A stretch of 64,000 nucleotides of DNA from Raja brachyura (Eukaryota). Each line of letters opens with the position of its first letter. Position 1 is the stretch's first letter. This document shows, piece after piece, positions 25,381 to 38,848 of the stretch. Below the pieces are notes generated by a model. That model worked only from the letters and a program-made list of their open reading frames with translations. It was not told the origin of the DNA and made no database searches. The translations under genes were made by a program, and so were the position numbers. The stretch is from the NCBI GenBank assembly GCA_963514005.1, contig OY740797.1, positions 43,524,001-43,588,000 on the forward strand, given 5' to 3'.

Positions 25381-28300
25381 GGTGCTGAATCACCCAAAAA
25401 TACTGCGTCTGCAATCATTCTTCTTAAATTCCTGCACAAAAAAACAAACTGCTGGAGAGACTCAGCTGGCCAGGCAGCATCTAGAGAGGGAAATGGACAG
25501 ACTACGTTTGGGGTTGGAACCCTTCCCTTTGCTGCAGATTCTGGCATCTGCCATCTCTGCGGAGTAGTGTGTAAGCTGTACATCCAGTCAGTGATAGTGG
25601 GACAACAGCACCTTGTTTCTTCATGTTATGTGGAACTTGGTTTGGGCTGTGAACGTGACGTACAGCTGATCACATAACATAGAAGGGAAGGCAGCTGGGT
25701 TACCTTATCGGTCCTAAATCAGGAAAATGTCGGGGTATTGTGTCCGTGTTAATGTGGGCAAAGGAGGAAGTCTTATTTTACTAAAATGTTTCTCATTGAA
25801 AATAAAGTAATAATTAAAACATTTCACAACATTGCCCAGCCCATTATTTGTCATAACCTGTCACAGTCACTGAGTTCAATTTGCTTCTGAACTTTTTTCT
25901 TAGTTTTAACAGCTAATTCTGCATGGCAATCCATTTTAGCTTTATAATATTACCAGCAGCATTACGTTGCTCATTAAAGTAACATTTCGGCTTTATTTAT
26001 GCATAATTAAACTAATGTGTTGATGGGCCCGTGCAAAAAATTAAATAAGCATCTTATCGTTGCTCAGCCCCAAACCTGTGATAACCTCCACAAACAGATG
26101 CTTTTCCAGGTAAAGCAATAAATGCTGGAGGAACTCAGCAGGTCTGGCAGCACCTGTGGAGGGAATGACAGGGGCTTTTTCGGGTCAGGACCCTTCTTCT
26201 GTGTATTCTGCTTATAAAGCACAGTTAAGATCAGAAATGCAATAACTTTGAGAGATTTTTTTAAACTTAGCCGTAACTTTCCATAAAGTGATATTTACTC
26301 TTTAGACCAAACCAACTCCACCCAAGGAACTATGAACTGCATTTCAACTTAAAAGTTTGTGCTGCCCTTTAAAACAAATGAGTTACCGGTAAAATTCAAG
26401 ACGAATATGTAATCGGGCAACTGCATGGTTAACTACATTGACTACTGTATTCACTAAATTCTAAAAATGAGCAAACTATAATTTTAATAGAGGTGGTTTG
26501 TAACTAATCTTAGTATAAAAATACTGAGGAAAGAATGAAATGAGCTGCGTGTTTTTGTTTAATGTAGTGATGGTACTTGAACTTACCTTGCTAATGACAC
26601 CTTCACACAAACATAATGGTTAGTCTGCCTGAGGATGAGGTCATTGACTAATAATTGGAACTTTGTTGAGAATATACTTTAATTAGCGAGCGGATGCACT
26701 ACACTCATAAATTAATGATTTGTCTGTCTAATTCTTATTGTCGGCATTCTTTAGTCTCTTTGGAACCCGAGCTGTGAAAGAGGAGAGAGAGCAGCTTAGT
26801 GGTCTGCCTGTATCATTACACGTCAACACAGATCCGGAGGTGAATGTCTAGACATTATTCTAAGGCACGTATATGGTACTTTAAAGGTAGCTTCGGGGCA
26901 TGTTTGAGAGATTAGTCTCTTTAACATGTCCAGTTTTATCAGAATATCTGTTTAAAGTGGGAGGGGTCATTTTTTTATTTACTTTATTTGGGTTTTCCCA
27001 GATAGGATGCAACTTGCAGATCAGGTCGAGGCTGACGTAAAATATTTTAAAGGAAAGGTGATCTATTTGGCAAGCTGCAGTAGTATGCTTAAAAAATATA
27101 TTTCTGTTTGATACCCTGATATCTATTTTTGTGGGCATTGGTAAATAAATTACTGGTATGGAGAGAGCGTATTAATAGTATCTCGATGATACCAATGCAG
27201 GAGGAGTAACGATCAAGGCCACAACTATATTTTTACTCATGGTGGATATAAATTTTGCACAATATTTTTTTCAAAATACCTCTAGAAATTTGGTTTGTGA
27301 TGTGACTGGAGGAGCCTTTGATTGAAGAAAATGTCGGGGAACACTAGGCATGTGACTGCGCTTGTTGTGGGGTGGTAGACTGTTGTTGGTACTATTGAGT
27401 AGATTAGCTCACGTTTAAGCTTTCAAAAGTACAGTGGTCCCCAACCCCAGCCTATGTACTAGACTGTGAATTGTGAGGAGCCCAGATACAGATGAATGGA
27501 GAGTTTTGGTGCCATGCTTAAAATCTAAGAAATAGTCAGCTCGAAAGGTTCAAAAAAAGTCTAACGGAGCATGTTACTATGAAAATGAAGCTGAGGGATT
27601 GACTGTAAACAGTGAACGGGATAATGAAGAAAGAATATAAGTTGATTCATTTTCAGAAACCATTGTTTTGTTTCTCTACTAATTAATATAAACACCCTGT
27701 TAATGCACAGCCAAAAAACTTCCATCGTCCCGCTCTTGTGTGACTCAGGCTTTCATGACCCACATCACTAGAACCTTTATTACCATACTGTCAGTAGCGT
27801 GCCATGCCTAGTATGTTTTGAATGTCACTCTGTTATATTAAGGAAACTCACAAACAACGTTTTTGTTCGTGCGGTTAAACTATTATATAAAACACATTAA
27901 AAGTTAAATGAAGAACATAATATGAACGTTTGTAAAACCGATGAGTTTTATTTGTTGAAAGTATAAAATCAGCTGTGTTGCTAAATTTAACTGCAACTCC
28001 CTACAAGTTCTATGTAGTGTTATTTGTAATGGATGCTTTACCTTTGGTTTAGATCCCATTTGATAATTGATTAGTACAATTCCAGCAACCAGCATTAAGG
28101 CAGTTGGTATAGACACAGGCACAAACTAATTTAATGTGCTTAAAGTAACATCCTTGTTCATATTCCAAAATACCTTGCTGAAGAAATTTTGCTTCCAATT
28201 ATCAATTGTTACTCCAATCTCTAAAAGAAACATTGAAGTATTAATCGAGATTTAAACAAAAAACTTTAGATGCTGGAAATCAGAAATAAAACAGAAAATG

Positions 28301-31300
28301 CTGGAAACAGACAGCAGTTCAGGCAGCATCTGTGTAAAGATAAAATGATTAAGAGGTTTGAAACCCTTAGCAGAAATATTAACCGGATGTATTTGAGGCA
28401 ACTAGGATTTGATAGTGCCTCTGTTCTTAGGATCACTTCTGATGGCTGTACACTTCATTCTGAAGAATAAATTGAAAGAATCACACGACTGAATAACATG
28501 GTTTCTTAAAGAATGAAATATAAGTAAAGTCACTGTTTTCTGTCAGAAAAAAAAATCAAGAAATTGTGACCTTTTTTTGGAGACTACTCATTTGCATGAA
28601 GAAGCAAATTTAATGTTTTAATCCTCTAATTTGGTCACAGCTAATTAACATACAGTAGGTCTTGAGTCTTAAGATAAAGGGCTAACCATTGGTCTTTGAA
28701 GTTAAAATAAAGATGAAGATTCAGTGTTTAAAATCCTGTTGTTTTGATTTAATGCCAACACATTTCATGTTATTGGTGATCTTTTCCTAAAACTTTATTT
28801 CTGGTCTGCTCTTTTGTGTGGTTAGCACGTAAATGGATGCTAACTATTGAAGACATTGTTGTCCTGGAAATGATTATTGAATTTTAAACCTTTCCCTGTT
28901 AAGCTTTCAAGTTCTGTCATTAATTCAGTATCTTTGTGCAAGATTTCCACAGCATATGTGATGTTATTTCATCACAGTGGCTTAAACAAAACTTTGTTCG
29001 CTATTCAACAAGGCACAGTAGGGTCCACTATTAAACATTTCATTTGGTCTATATGTGTAACCTAACTCTTTGGAAATTTGCTTGTAAATTGTATCTGTGC
29101 CTCCTTCACTTTTTGTTTAAATTTCTCTGCATCTTTAATGCTCGATAAATTTTCGCCAGTCTGATTAATTAAATCCATTGGCTTAAAGTATCTCAGAATT
29201 GCATTTAAATGAAATGTCAGGGAGTAAATGGAGGAGAAAATAAATATCCCATAACAGTGTTCATTGATAGGAAAGGTTTAGAGGAAAATGCTCAAACATG
29301 GGCAAATGGGATTAACATAGAAAGGCTCAAAGAAGGGTCTTGACTACAAACCTATTCCTTTTCTCCAAAGATGCTGTCTGACCTGCTGAGTTACTCCAGC
29401 TTTCTGTGTCTATCTTCATCATAGATAGGCATCTTGGTCAGAATGAATGCTATGGCGGAAGGGCGTGATTTCGTGCTATGTGACCCCATGACTGTACAAA
29501 TCTCCGTGACCTTTACTTAATAATAAAAATAAATTGGAACCAGTTCCTAGCCAGATATGGAGTTGGTAATAATCAGCGAAATGATAGTTCAGACATAGAA
29601 TAACTGATGCCTGATGATTGTCCACTATGCTCTTCCACTCGTCAACGGACTAGAAACATCTACAATGTCCTGAGTGGTCCTACCGATATCTACAGTGCAT
29701 CTGAGCAGATGAAGGCTGAGACAAAGCAGCTTGTAGCTCCCACAGTCTTTGGAACTACGCTGAAGCAGGAGAAAGCTGAAAGCCATCGTAGTCAAAAGAG
29801 CAAAAACACAGCGCCACATTTTTGAGAGGAAGGAGCATTTGGGAAAATGGGAAGAAAAGACAATAATGAAATAAGAAGGAACGACGGTGAACATATTCCT
29901 TCAGAACTAGTAATAGGGAGCAGTATTCCTTCAGGACAGTCGACGTGGTATTTGGTTTAACCAAGACTATTTTGGCAAGTAGAGTTGTAAGGTGAGGAAC
30001 ACTGATCTTTTTTATAATGCGTCCTGTTTCACTTAGCTTAGTTAGGTTGAATTTGGTTGCTTGAATTCCATAGTTTAGAAGAAAAAAACCATAGGCAGTA
30101 AGGGAATGAAACCAGGCTGCTGTTCCTTTGAAAATAATTTCACCGTGCAAGAAAGGGCCGATGTATCGCACAGATTGTGCACTCTCACCCTCTCACTGTT
30201 GGTCAATCGTTATTCTTAGAGGCAAGTTTATAACACAGGTTGCTTGCTGCATTCATGTGCATAACAGCTGTATGGAATGTGATCTGCCCATTAATCTCTC
30301 ATTGTGTCTCCCCCCCTCCCAATTTCTTTTTCTTTTCGCAACAGGATAACAGTGAAATGCCACAGATGTAAAAGAAATAGAATTTCACATATGTAGCTGA
30401 GGACTGGAATGATATTTCACCATGAGGAAGGGTCTCTCGTCCGCCCTTTAACCTCGGGCAGGACCATCCCATTAGTTTATTTTGTATCGATGACCATCAA
30501 GTTACTTGAGAAAGGCAAGGAGGCAAGTTAGAAGCAGTTATAGGCAGTTATAAGCAGTTGCAGTATAAGCAGTACTAGGGGATCTTTAAAAAGAGGGGAA
30601 GTATACATTTCAATTCTGAAAGAATTAACAATGAAATATTTCTGTACCCATTTACTTCCATCTTCATCCAAGACAATTCTAAATATTTTCTCATTGATTA
30701 ATGTTGTTCCTTCTTTCCCCGAGTCTGGGGTTTGTGCGTCCTTGCGATGCATTGGACCTTTCTCATGTAATACTAACAATTTTTTTGCTTAATTGTTGGC
30801 TGCTTTCGCTCTGCAAGCCTGCAGTCTATAAATCATCTGCCATTGCGCGCTCATGTTTTCTCCATTTTCGTTCCTAGGCAGCCGAAAACTGTTTGAAGAT
30901 TACATCCCTTTGTAATAAAGCTCTCCTGTGGTAGAAAGATTGTCATCTGGTTCTCATTGTTGCTCTGGAAAATATCCTTCACACCTTGTTTTCTCATCAA
31001 GAAATATTCTTTTAAATATTTTTTTAAATGAATACAGTACCTTTATAGGAACCATGTGATTTGATTTAAGAGAGAAGGTCATTAAAATTGCAGGTAAGCA
31101 GAAGGGGGTTTGTGAATTCCTCTTTTTTTTATTCACAAGACACAGATGGTTGAAAAAAGGTCAGACAACTCTCACTTCAGTGGTTTCACACATTTGCATT
31201 TTATAAAAACAGCAGGTAACTGTACAGTAAGCGCCGTAGTCAGATATATAAATAATGTTTACACTTCCATTGGATAAAGGGACACCGTCCTCCTTGCCAG

Positions 31301-31904
31301 ACGACTTTAACCCTTTAAAAATATTGTGTGATGTCCAATCAGTCTGAAAAAGGGTCTCGATCCGAGAAGTCACCTGCCCATGCCCTCCCCAGTTGCTGCC
31401 TGCATCTGCGAGTTCCTCCAGCACTTTGTCTTTTCCTCAAGATTCCAGCATCTGCAGTTTCTTATGTAATCTGCAGTAATGTACTTATTCCTCTAACTTA
31501 CCCATGTCTCCCCTTCTTCAGGCTAAGGCCCTGCTGACATTCGCATTGCCTTGAATGCACTCCGGGTTCTGATGGGGCCATGGATCCTTGTGATCCGTAT
31601 GTCCCAGTCACTTCCCAGCTGTATACATTGGTGCCAATGTAATATCTTTATCAAGTTGATACACAAATTTAAGGTGAGCAGATTATTATTGATGAAGCTC
31701 ACTTTAAACTGGGCAGAGTAGAATATGGCACTTAACAGAGCGACCACTTAGGTTCCATGTCATCAATTAAGTTTTGAAGAAAGTTGTGGATATTTAATGG
31801 TTACAAACTTAATGCTTCTTTTGGTGAAGTTGAATGTCACGAAGAATGGAAGGTGAAGATAGTTTATGTGAAGTAGATGCATGAATTCTACTTTAATGGC
31901 AAGG

Positions 31905-32372
31905 GGCACATGTAGTAAGGCTGCTGCCTCAACTCACTGCTCCAGAGACCTGCATGCAATCCTGACTCCAGCAGAGTCTGTCTGAAGTTTCCACATTCTG
32001 CCCGTGACCATATAAGTGTTGCTGGGGTGCTCCGGTTTCCTTCCACATCCCAAAAGCATGTGGGTTGGTAAATCACTGTACATTTATAATTTAAATTCTT
32101 CTTCAATGATATGCCATCAATGGAATCCTGCTGAGTTTCTGGGATCATTTCCTGACTCTTCATATCACTATTTGTACCGGATGGCTCAGGCGCAGATACT
32201 GCAGACTCACCCTGCGCCATCCACAGATCATTTGTGTCCTTGTTTAGCTTTGGAATCCAGGAGGAAGGTGGGGCAAATTAACTGGGATTAGCATAGAAGA
32301 CTGTGGATGAGTATCTGATGGGCGACTCACAGCCGATGGGCGATGGCCTGTTTCCATTCTGTGTAGCTCTGG
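31905..32372 (+). mobile_element. Old V-SINE, interrupted or decayed
   Basis: Head and V-domain at 31905-32075 (gggtgctccggtttccttccacatcccaaa); tail remnant at about 32270-32372. Confidence 0.55.
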
Positions 32373-33137
32373 CTTAATGAATGAGCTGCATATCTGATAT
32401 TCAATATTCCTGTCAAAGACTACAATGAAAAATCAGCAATGCTTTTTTTCCATGCTCAATAGCGTAAAGGTTCTTTGTTTTAGAAAAAGCTCTTTAGATT
32501 GACTGAGCTCTTCTGTGTCGGGCAGAAGATGGTTCTCTGAGGGGCCGTACATATTAGCACAAGTTCTAGGATACCGGTTAATGGGATTGTTAATAACAGG
32601 CTGTGGTGATCGACAACTCCATGGGGCTTGCTGGTTGATGAGGGTTGGGTTATTGCACTGCAGGTAAGAAAGGAGGAATGTAAGGTGAAGAAAACCTCTG
32701 TGATGCAGGGGGCATGAATTTTATTTTGGGCATTGTGATAAAAGATGTACAGGGTTTTGTTTTTCTCGTTTGCCTGCTGTTCTTACTATGCCCTTCATGT
32801 GCTGTACTTTAATTGCCAGACCACTAAGAATAGATACCACGAAAGATCACGGACACTTTATTGCATTTTATGTGGTTCACCCATCATTGTGGATTTCCAC
32901 TTGCCAGTTCCATTCCCAGTGTTAATTGTGGCTCAGTTGGTTGCTCAGAGTTTGGTTTATGGGGTGCAAGCCTCACTCAAAGTGAGCACAGAAATGTCAT
33001 TTGGCCTTGCAGCATATCACTGCACTATGGAAATGTAAAATTCGGAGAAGACTGGAAATTGGGGATACATTTAGTCTCTCTCGAGTGGATGTACATGTTG
33101 CTATGTTGAATTTTAAGGAGGGTGAGGGTGATATTTC

Positions 33138-33590
33138 GAACATAGAATGTTACAGCACAAGAACAGGCCCTTTGGCCCACAATGTCTGTGCTGAACACAG
33201 TGCAAAGGTAAAATCTCATCTGCCTGCACATGATCCATATTCTTCTATTCTCTACATATCTATGTGCCTATCTACAAGACTCTTCACGCCACTATCATAC
33301 CTGCCCCCACCAACATCCCAGGCAGAGCATCCCAGGCACACACCACCCTCCGTGTAAACAAAGAACTCACCCCGCATAACTCCTTTAATTGTTGCCCCTC
33401 TCACCTTAAAACTATTTTCTCTGATTGTTTACCCCAACTTTGCCTCTCATAACTTTATATACTTTTATCAGGTCTCCCCTCAACATCTGGCGTTCCAGAT
33501 GTTGACAGAGAAAACAACCTCTGTCCAACCTGTCCAACCAGGCGAATATCCCATAATCCTGGGGCAGCGTTCTGGTAAAATCCTTGATGT
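33138..33590 (-). mobile_element. CR1 3' fragment
   Basis: Tail (aacaggccctttggcccac) and LRGDLIKVYKVMRG motif. Confidence 0.7.
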
Positions 33591-33826
33591 GCTGGCTAAT
33601 CAACTCTCACCAACTTCACCAACAAATGCCGCTCATCAACTTCACCAAAAGAGCCTCTTTCATAATAATATTTGCCGTGGGAGATTGCTATGTGCAAATT
33701 TGCTGTTGAGTTTCCATTCCAAGTGTGACTACACTTCACAAACAATGCTTCATTAGGTGCAAAGTGCTTCTGGGCCTCCTGGGGTTGTAAACAATGCTAC
33801 ATTGGTGCAAGTCATTAACTTTTCCT
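33590..33826 (+). mobile_element. Ancient Deu-domain SINE (SacSINE1-like) 3' half
   Basis: gtgggagattgctatgtgcaaatttgctg..gtgactacacttca..ttcattaggtgcaaagtgctt..tgcaagtc resembles the DeuSINE consensus as recalled. Confidence 0.55.
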
Positions 33827-35151
33827 TTCTCCATCGTCCCTTCCCAGACAGTTCAGCAAACAATAGAGTGGAGCATTTCAATTGGCACCGCGGTCGTTTT
33901 ATTTTCAGTGGTCATTGTACTTTCCCTTTTTGTAAAAGTGAAAGCACCACTCGCGTATCTGAGGTTAGAGGCTGCAAGCGTGAAGCTGGGGAAACGGCTG
34001 TCACATTTAGCTGTAGCACTAAGCTCAGGGTAACGTGAATTAATGTAAATACTACTATAAATACTGTTATCTTTTGAAGTTTGCGGTGTGCCCGCTGTGG
34101 TTGCTACAGCATCCTGTGGCCTAACATATATGAACCTCAGACAAGATAATGGCTGGGTTTTGAAATACAATTTAAGCAACAGCTATCTACGTTGCATTAG
34201 AGGAATTTGTTTTATTTTCATTGCTTTATACTATGGCAATCTTTACATTATTAATGATGGAGGCCAATGTGTAGGAAGGAACTGGCCAAAGCATGTGAGC
34301 TGTCCCTTTAAATCTAACTGGAGTTGGAAATGGAGGAAGATTTTTGAATTCCGAAAATGTTGCTCTCACCCTGACCTGGTGCTTAAGAAGAGGTCCGAGT
34401 GTACCTTTGAGGGTTCAATCGGATGCTTGTTAAAAGACCATTTAAAAGGAAACATGTACCAGCTCCAAGCAAGGAGTCTGCCCCATCTCTATGAGGGATG
34501 TGCTCACAAGCCAAGGGCTTTAAGGGACTTAGGGCAGGAGAAGATTGGTCCCTGTGGACAGAGAAAGTGCAGTCAAACATGAAATCCTGAAATGCTTCAG
34601 CCACTTCACCTTTGCATTTAGTGCTTGTCCCAATGCTTGTTTGCTGTGTTTAAATGCCTATTTTCTTTATTTGGAAAGATACAGATTTGAGTTTGAGTGA
34701 AGATTAATGAACTGGCTTTCGGGATACTGTCCACTGATGCAAAATATACTTAAAAGCACAGTTAGTGAGTCAACCCGACAATTTAATCCGGTCAGTTTCA
34801 TAGGTGGGGGGGAAAAAATAGGCACTTTACCAGCAAATCCTGTGGCTGACAAAGTTTCACCTGTGAACGTTTGGGGAACAAAATGAAACATGGTTGAAGT
34901 TAAAGAGATGATCAAAAATAACCTAGATCATTTTGAACTTTGCGAAGGAATGCTGTGAAAATTATAATGAACAATATTCAGAAAGCAACCTCAGAAATCA
35001 GTTGGGTAGTAGGGCTTTCTTTGTCTTGCGGGAAAAGGTTGTTGCAGTCCCTGTGGAGCAGAACCAGCCACTTCAAATGTGCTTTTGCGAGATCTGTGGG
35101 GTTGATTCCAGCAAAAAACCAGAATAAATGCTTTTACGAAACGGTAGTTTT

Positions 35152-35527
35152 AATGTCGAGGAAGGAACTGCAGATGCTGGTTTAAACCGAAGGTAGACAC
35201 AAAAAACTGGAGTAACTCAGCGGGTCAGGTAGCATCCCTGAATAAAGGGAATAGGTGGCATTTAGGGTCGAGATGCTTCTTCTGAAGAAGGGCACTTAGA
35301 AAAATGTCACCTATTCCTTTTCTCCAGAGATGCTGTCTGACCCACTGAGTTACTCCAGTTTTATGCTGTAGAAAGAACTGCAGATGCTGGAAAAATCGAC
35401 AGTAGATGCAAAATGCTGGAGAAACTCAGCGGGTGAGGCAGCAACTATGGAGAGAAGGAATAGGCGACGTTTCGGGTCGTGACCCTTCTTCAGACTTCTT
35501 CTCGGTTTTATGTGCCTATCTTTAGTT
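35152..35527. mobile_element. Penelope palindrome with a second Penelope subfamily end nested at about 35367-35497
   Basis: Two arm variants (gagtaactcagc and gagaaactcagc); the outer arm resumes at about 35505. Confidence 0.75.
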
Positions 35528-36361
35528 TTAATGTTGATACTTGCTGTCTTTTGAAATTTACAATCAATATCAATGTTTTTTTTAAATTCTGTATTATTTC
35601 TGAAATAGTTGTAGAAACAATTTTGTTTAGTTAGCACAAATATTCACTAATTGGGAACCCTCCCGAATGGAGTCTGACTTTTACATTATGCAACCCGATA
35701 GTGCTACAAATCTTGTTTGTGATTTGTAAGGAGTGGGTGTGCTGATATTTGAAAACTGTGGTTGTTCTTTAGAAGCTTTAGCCTGAAGGAGGTGGTTTTC
35801 AAGTGTCTGTGCTTCTGCCAGGGAAGCAGTGTTACTGTTTTGCAAGTGAACAATATTGAGATCCCTCATCCATCTTTCCATGCAAATAAATATATAATGA
35901 CCAGTCTGACTATTTGATGAAAAGTACAAATCGCAGAAGATAATTTATAAAATCAATAGTGCAAATATATTTTATCACATTGTTAAAATATAATCTATAT
36001 TTTAAATTGAAGTTTTGCCAAAAGTCAGTTCCAGCGAACGATGAGGCAGCAATTTTTAAAGATTTATTTTGTGGTTATTAAGATGAGGGCTGTCAGTGCT
36101 GCTGAATAGGATATTTTTAAAATGTTTTTAGCATCCAATGTCAATATCAACATCAAATATTTCCAGATTAAATACAGCATTGTTAACCACAACAATGGAG
36201 TTTAACTTTGCCTAATTATTTCAGGATCAACACTAATGCTCTACCAGTGTGGCATTTCCTTTCCCATCTCTGACATCGCTTATGCCTCCGTAGATGAGTT
36301 TAGCATCCAGGTGATAGTTGGTGCCAGATTGTTGAGTGCAAGAGCCACAGGGCTTGGAACA

Positions 36362-36672
36362 CCACAGAGTCATGGAGTGATACAGTGTGGAAACAGGCCC
36401 TTCAGCACAACGTGCCCACACCGGCCGTTTGGTCCATACCCCTCCAGAAAAGTCCTCTCCGTGTGCCTGTCTAACGGTTTCTTAAATGTTGGGATAGTCC
36501 CAGCCTCAACTACCTCCTCTGGCAGCCTATTCCACCCTTTGTGTGAAAAAGGTTACCCCTGAGATTCCTATTAAATATTTCCCCCTTCATCTTAAACCTA
36601 CGTCTGGTCCCCGATTCACCCACTCTGGGCGTGCGACTATGTGCATCTTCCCGATCTATTCCTCTCATGATA
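36362..36672 (-). mobile_element. CR1 3' fragment
   Basis: Tail agagtcatggagtgatacagtgtggaaacaggcccttc and matching 3' body. Confidence 0.7.
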
Positions 36673-38769
36673 GATGTCCATAATAAATGGCCATTTGGTG
36701 GTCACCTGCTTCATCCCACATTGGGCTTGAATTGAAACCAAACTGTCACCACACAGCTTTTAAAAAGTTGCAGATAAAATTGCTCACTGCGTCAGCATCC
36801 CACAGATTTAGAAATTGATCAAAACTACAGTATATTCTTCCGGATCTGCCTCTGTGCAACATACACATCATTCTACATATAACTATTTGAATTGTCTTTC
36901 TTTACCTTGTTCAGCATGGTAACATAGAATGCCACAAATATTACACCATACATTTTTTTCTAAGAAGTCCTATTCTTCAAGCTCTTCGCAATCCCTCTGT
37001 TTTAATCTGTTGGACCTATTGGTTCTTCTTGTTGCCATTGGCAGAATAAGTCATCCTTCGCTCCCTCTGCAAGAGTGAATTCACTTCATTCCAGTCCTCT
37101 GACACTGATTTCAGTGACTTCAGGCTAAATTCCAGTCATTGTCATGACTTTATTCTTATTGCATGGGATGCCATTTCATCTCTTCCTATTCCTTGTGGGA
37201 GACTGACCAATATACAGTAAACAATCCACAGGCCCCCGGCATGTATACCGGCAGTTTGTGTAACTAATCAATCTCAAATTATTTGCCGTGCAGTAAACCT
37301 GACGATGAATGGAATATATCAGGTCGGGCAAGAAGTTGAAAATAACTGCGACGCACAACTCAGAATTTGGAGATAGAACGGGGGCCTGCGAAAAGTTTGT
37401 CTGAATCTTAAGGATTTGTATCGGATTATATTTGGGTTCTCCTAACATGTTAGCACACGGAACTTCACATCAGGAAACGATGTGCTCCCGAACACCTCCT
37501 TTGGTCACGATATTAGATTTAAGGAAATGCAACAGAACTTTAAACTCTCACCTGCTTGGCATTGCCTTTTTAGGTCGTTAAACACAATTAAGACATATTT
37601 TCAGTGCTGTTTACTGCTTTCTACATACAAAAATCAAACAGCCTTTGCCATTTTTGATCAGTAAGAACAGCTGTCAGACTGAATTTACTAAGACATAACA
37701 GGGAAAAAACATTAGCTGCCAATCACTGCATTGATCTCTGAACTACACAGTTCAGCGAAGCACTCTTAAAAGGAAATGAGGAAATCTTTGTCATGCCCTA
37801 AAGTATATTTAAAGGAAGAGGTATTTGAAGAGACAGTATCCCTTATCTGGAGCTTAAATAGATCTGTTTCGACACTGTCACCAGGAAGATCCTGCTCTTT
37901 TATTTGTCAAATCGTGTCATAATGATTGAATAATTTCAAACAAATTGTGTCAAAAGGATAACTTTTTCAGTGAAAGTAAATGATAATCTTTACCTTTTTG
38001 TCTTGGAAGAAAATGTTCAGGATTTTAAGGGGTAAAACAGCATTGTAAATGATAAGGCAGTAACTTTCGCCAATATATTTGACTGGGAACTTGATCCAAG
38101 AGGCAAGAGGAAACAAATAAACAATATCCTGTAGATTTGAACCTGTCATTTGCTGATAAAGAAGTATCTAAACCTCAGCATAGATCCCATGACTTCCTTT
38201 GCAGCACAATGAAGAGAATAGGCCAGATTCATTACCAGAGGAATGATTTAATAGCTGGATGAGTGTGAGGGTCAGGCTAGCAAATTTATTAATAAACTAC
38301 TAACCGGCTAATTGGGGGAAAAAAAAATCTCTACATGATCTCTCGATAGTTACAAGCTTTTACAATGCTATCTTTATTTTTCAACCCATTTTATAACTAC
38401 ACATGTCAAATGAAGCGATTTCCAAAATCCTTGAAGGTTAAAATGCAGGTGCCTTGTTTGGAGGAACAAAATAGCAAAAAGTGGCATTTTAATACCAAGA
38501 AATGTTGCTTCATGCAGTGACAAATGATATCGTGACATTAAAACAAGCATCAGATTTGCATTGAGATGTAGCATTTCCTCTGGAGAGGTAATTCTGGGTT
38601 TTTGCCCTTTGCATTTCTAAAGATCCCAACGCCTGTTTTATTGTGAACTGTCCGATACGTTTTGATTAAAATGCAGCAATGCATTGTTCATTTCTAGCAG
38701 TACAGAGGTTAAAGGACACATTTGAAGTAATTATTTCTCACTGACAAGCCTCTCAGTCTGTGATTACCC

Positions 38770-38848
38770 TGTGTGTGTGTGTGTGTGTGTGTTTTTGTAC
38801 ATGTGTGCATTCTGTGTGCATTTTGTGTGTGCACACACACACGTGTGT
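38770..38848 (+). repeat. (TG)n microsatellite with degenerate TG/CA extension
   Basis: Direct read. Confidence 0.9.

Noticed and set aside
34088-34582. 164-aa ORF
   Set aside because: Includes a Penelope-end fragment (CVGRN) and shows no protein-like features.
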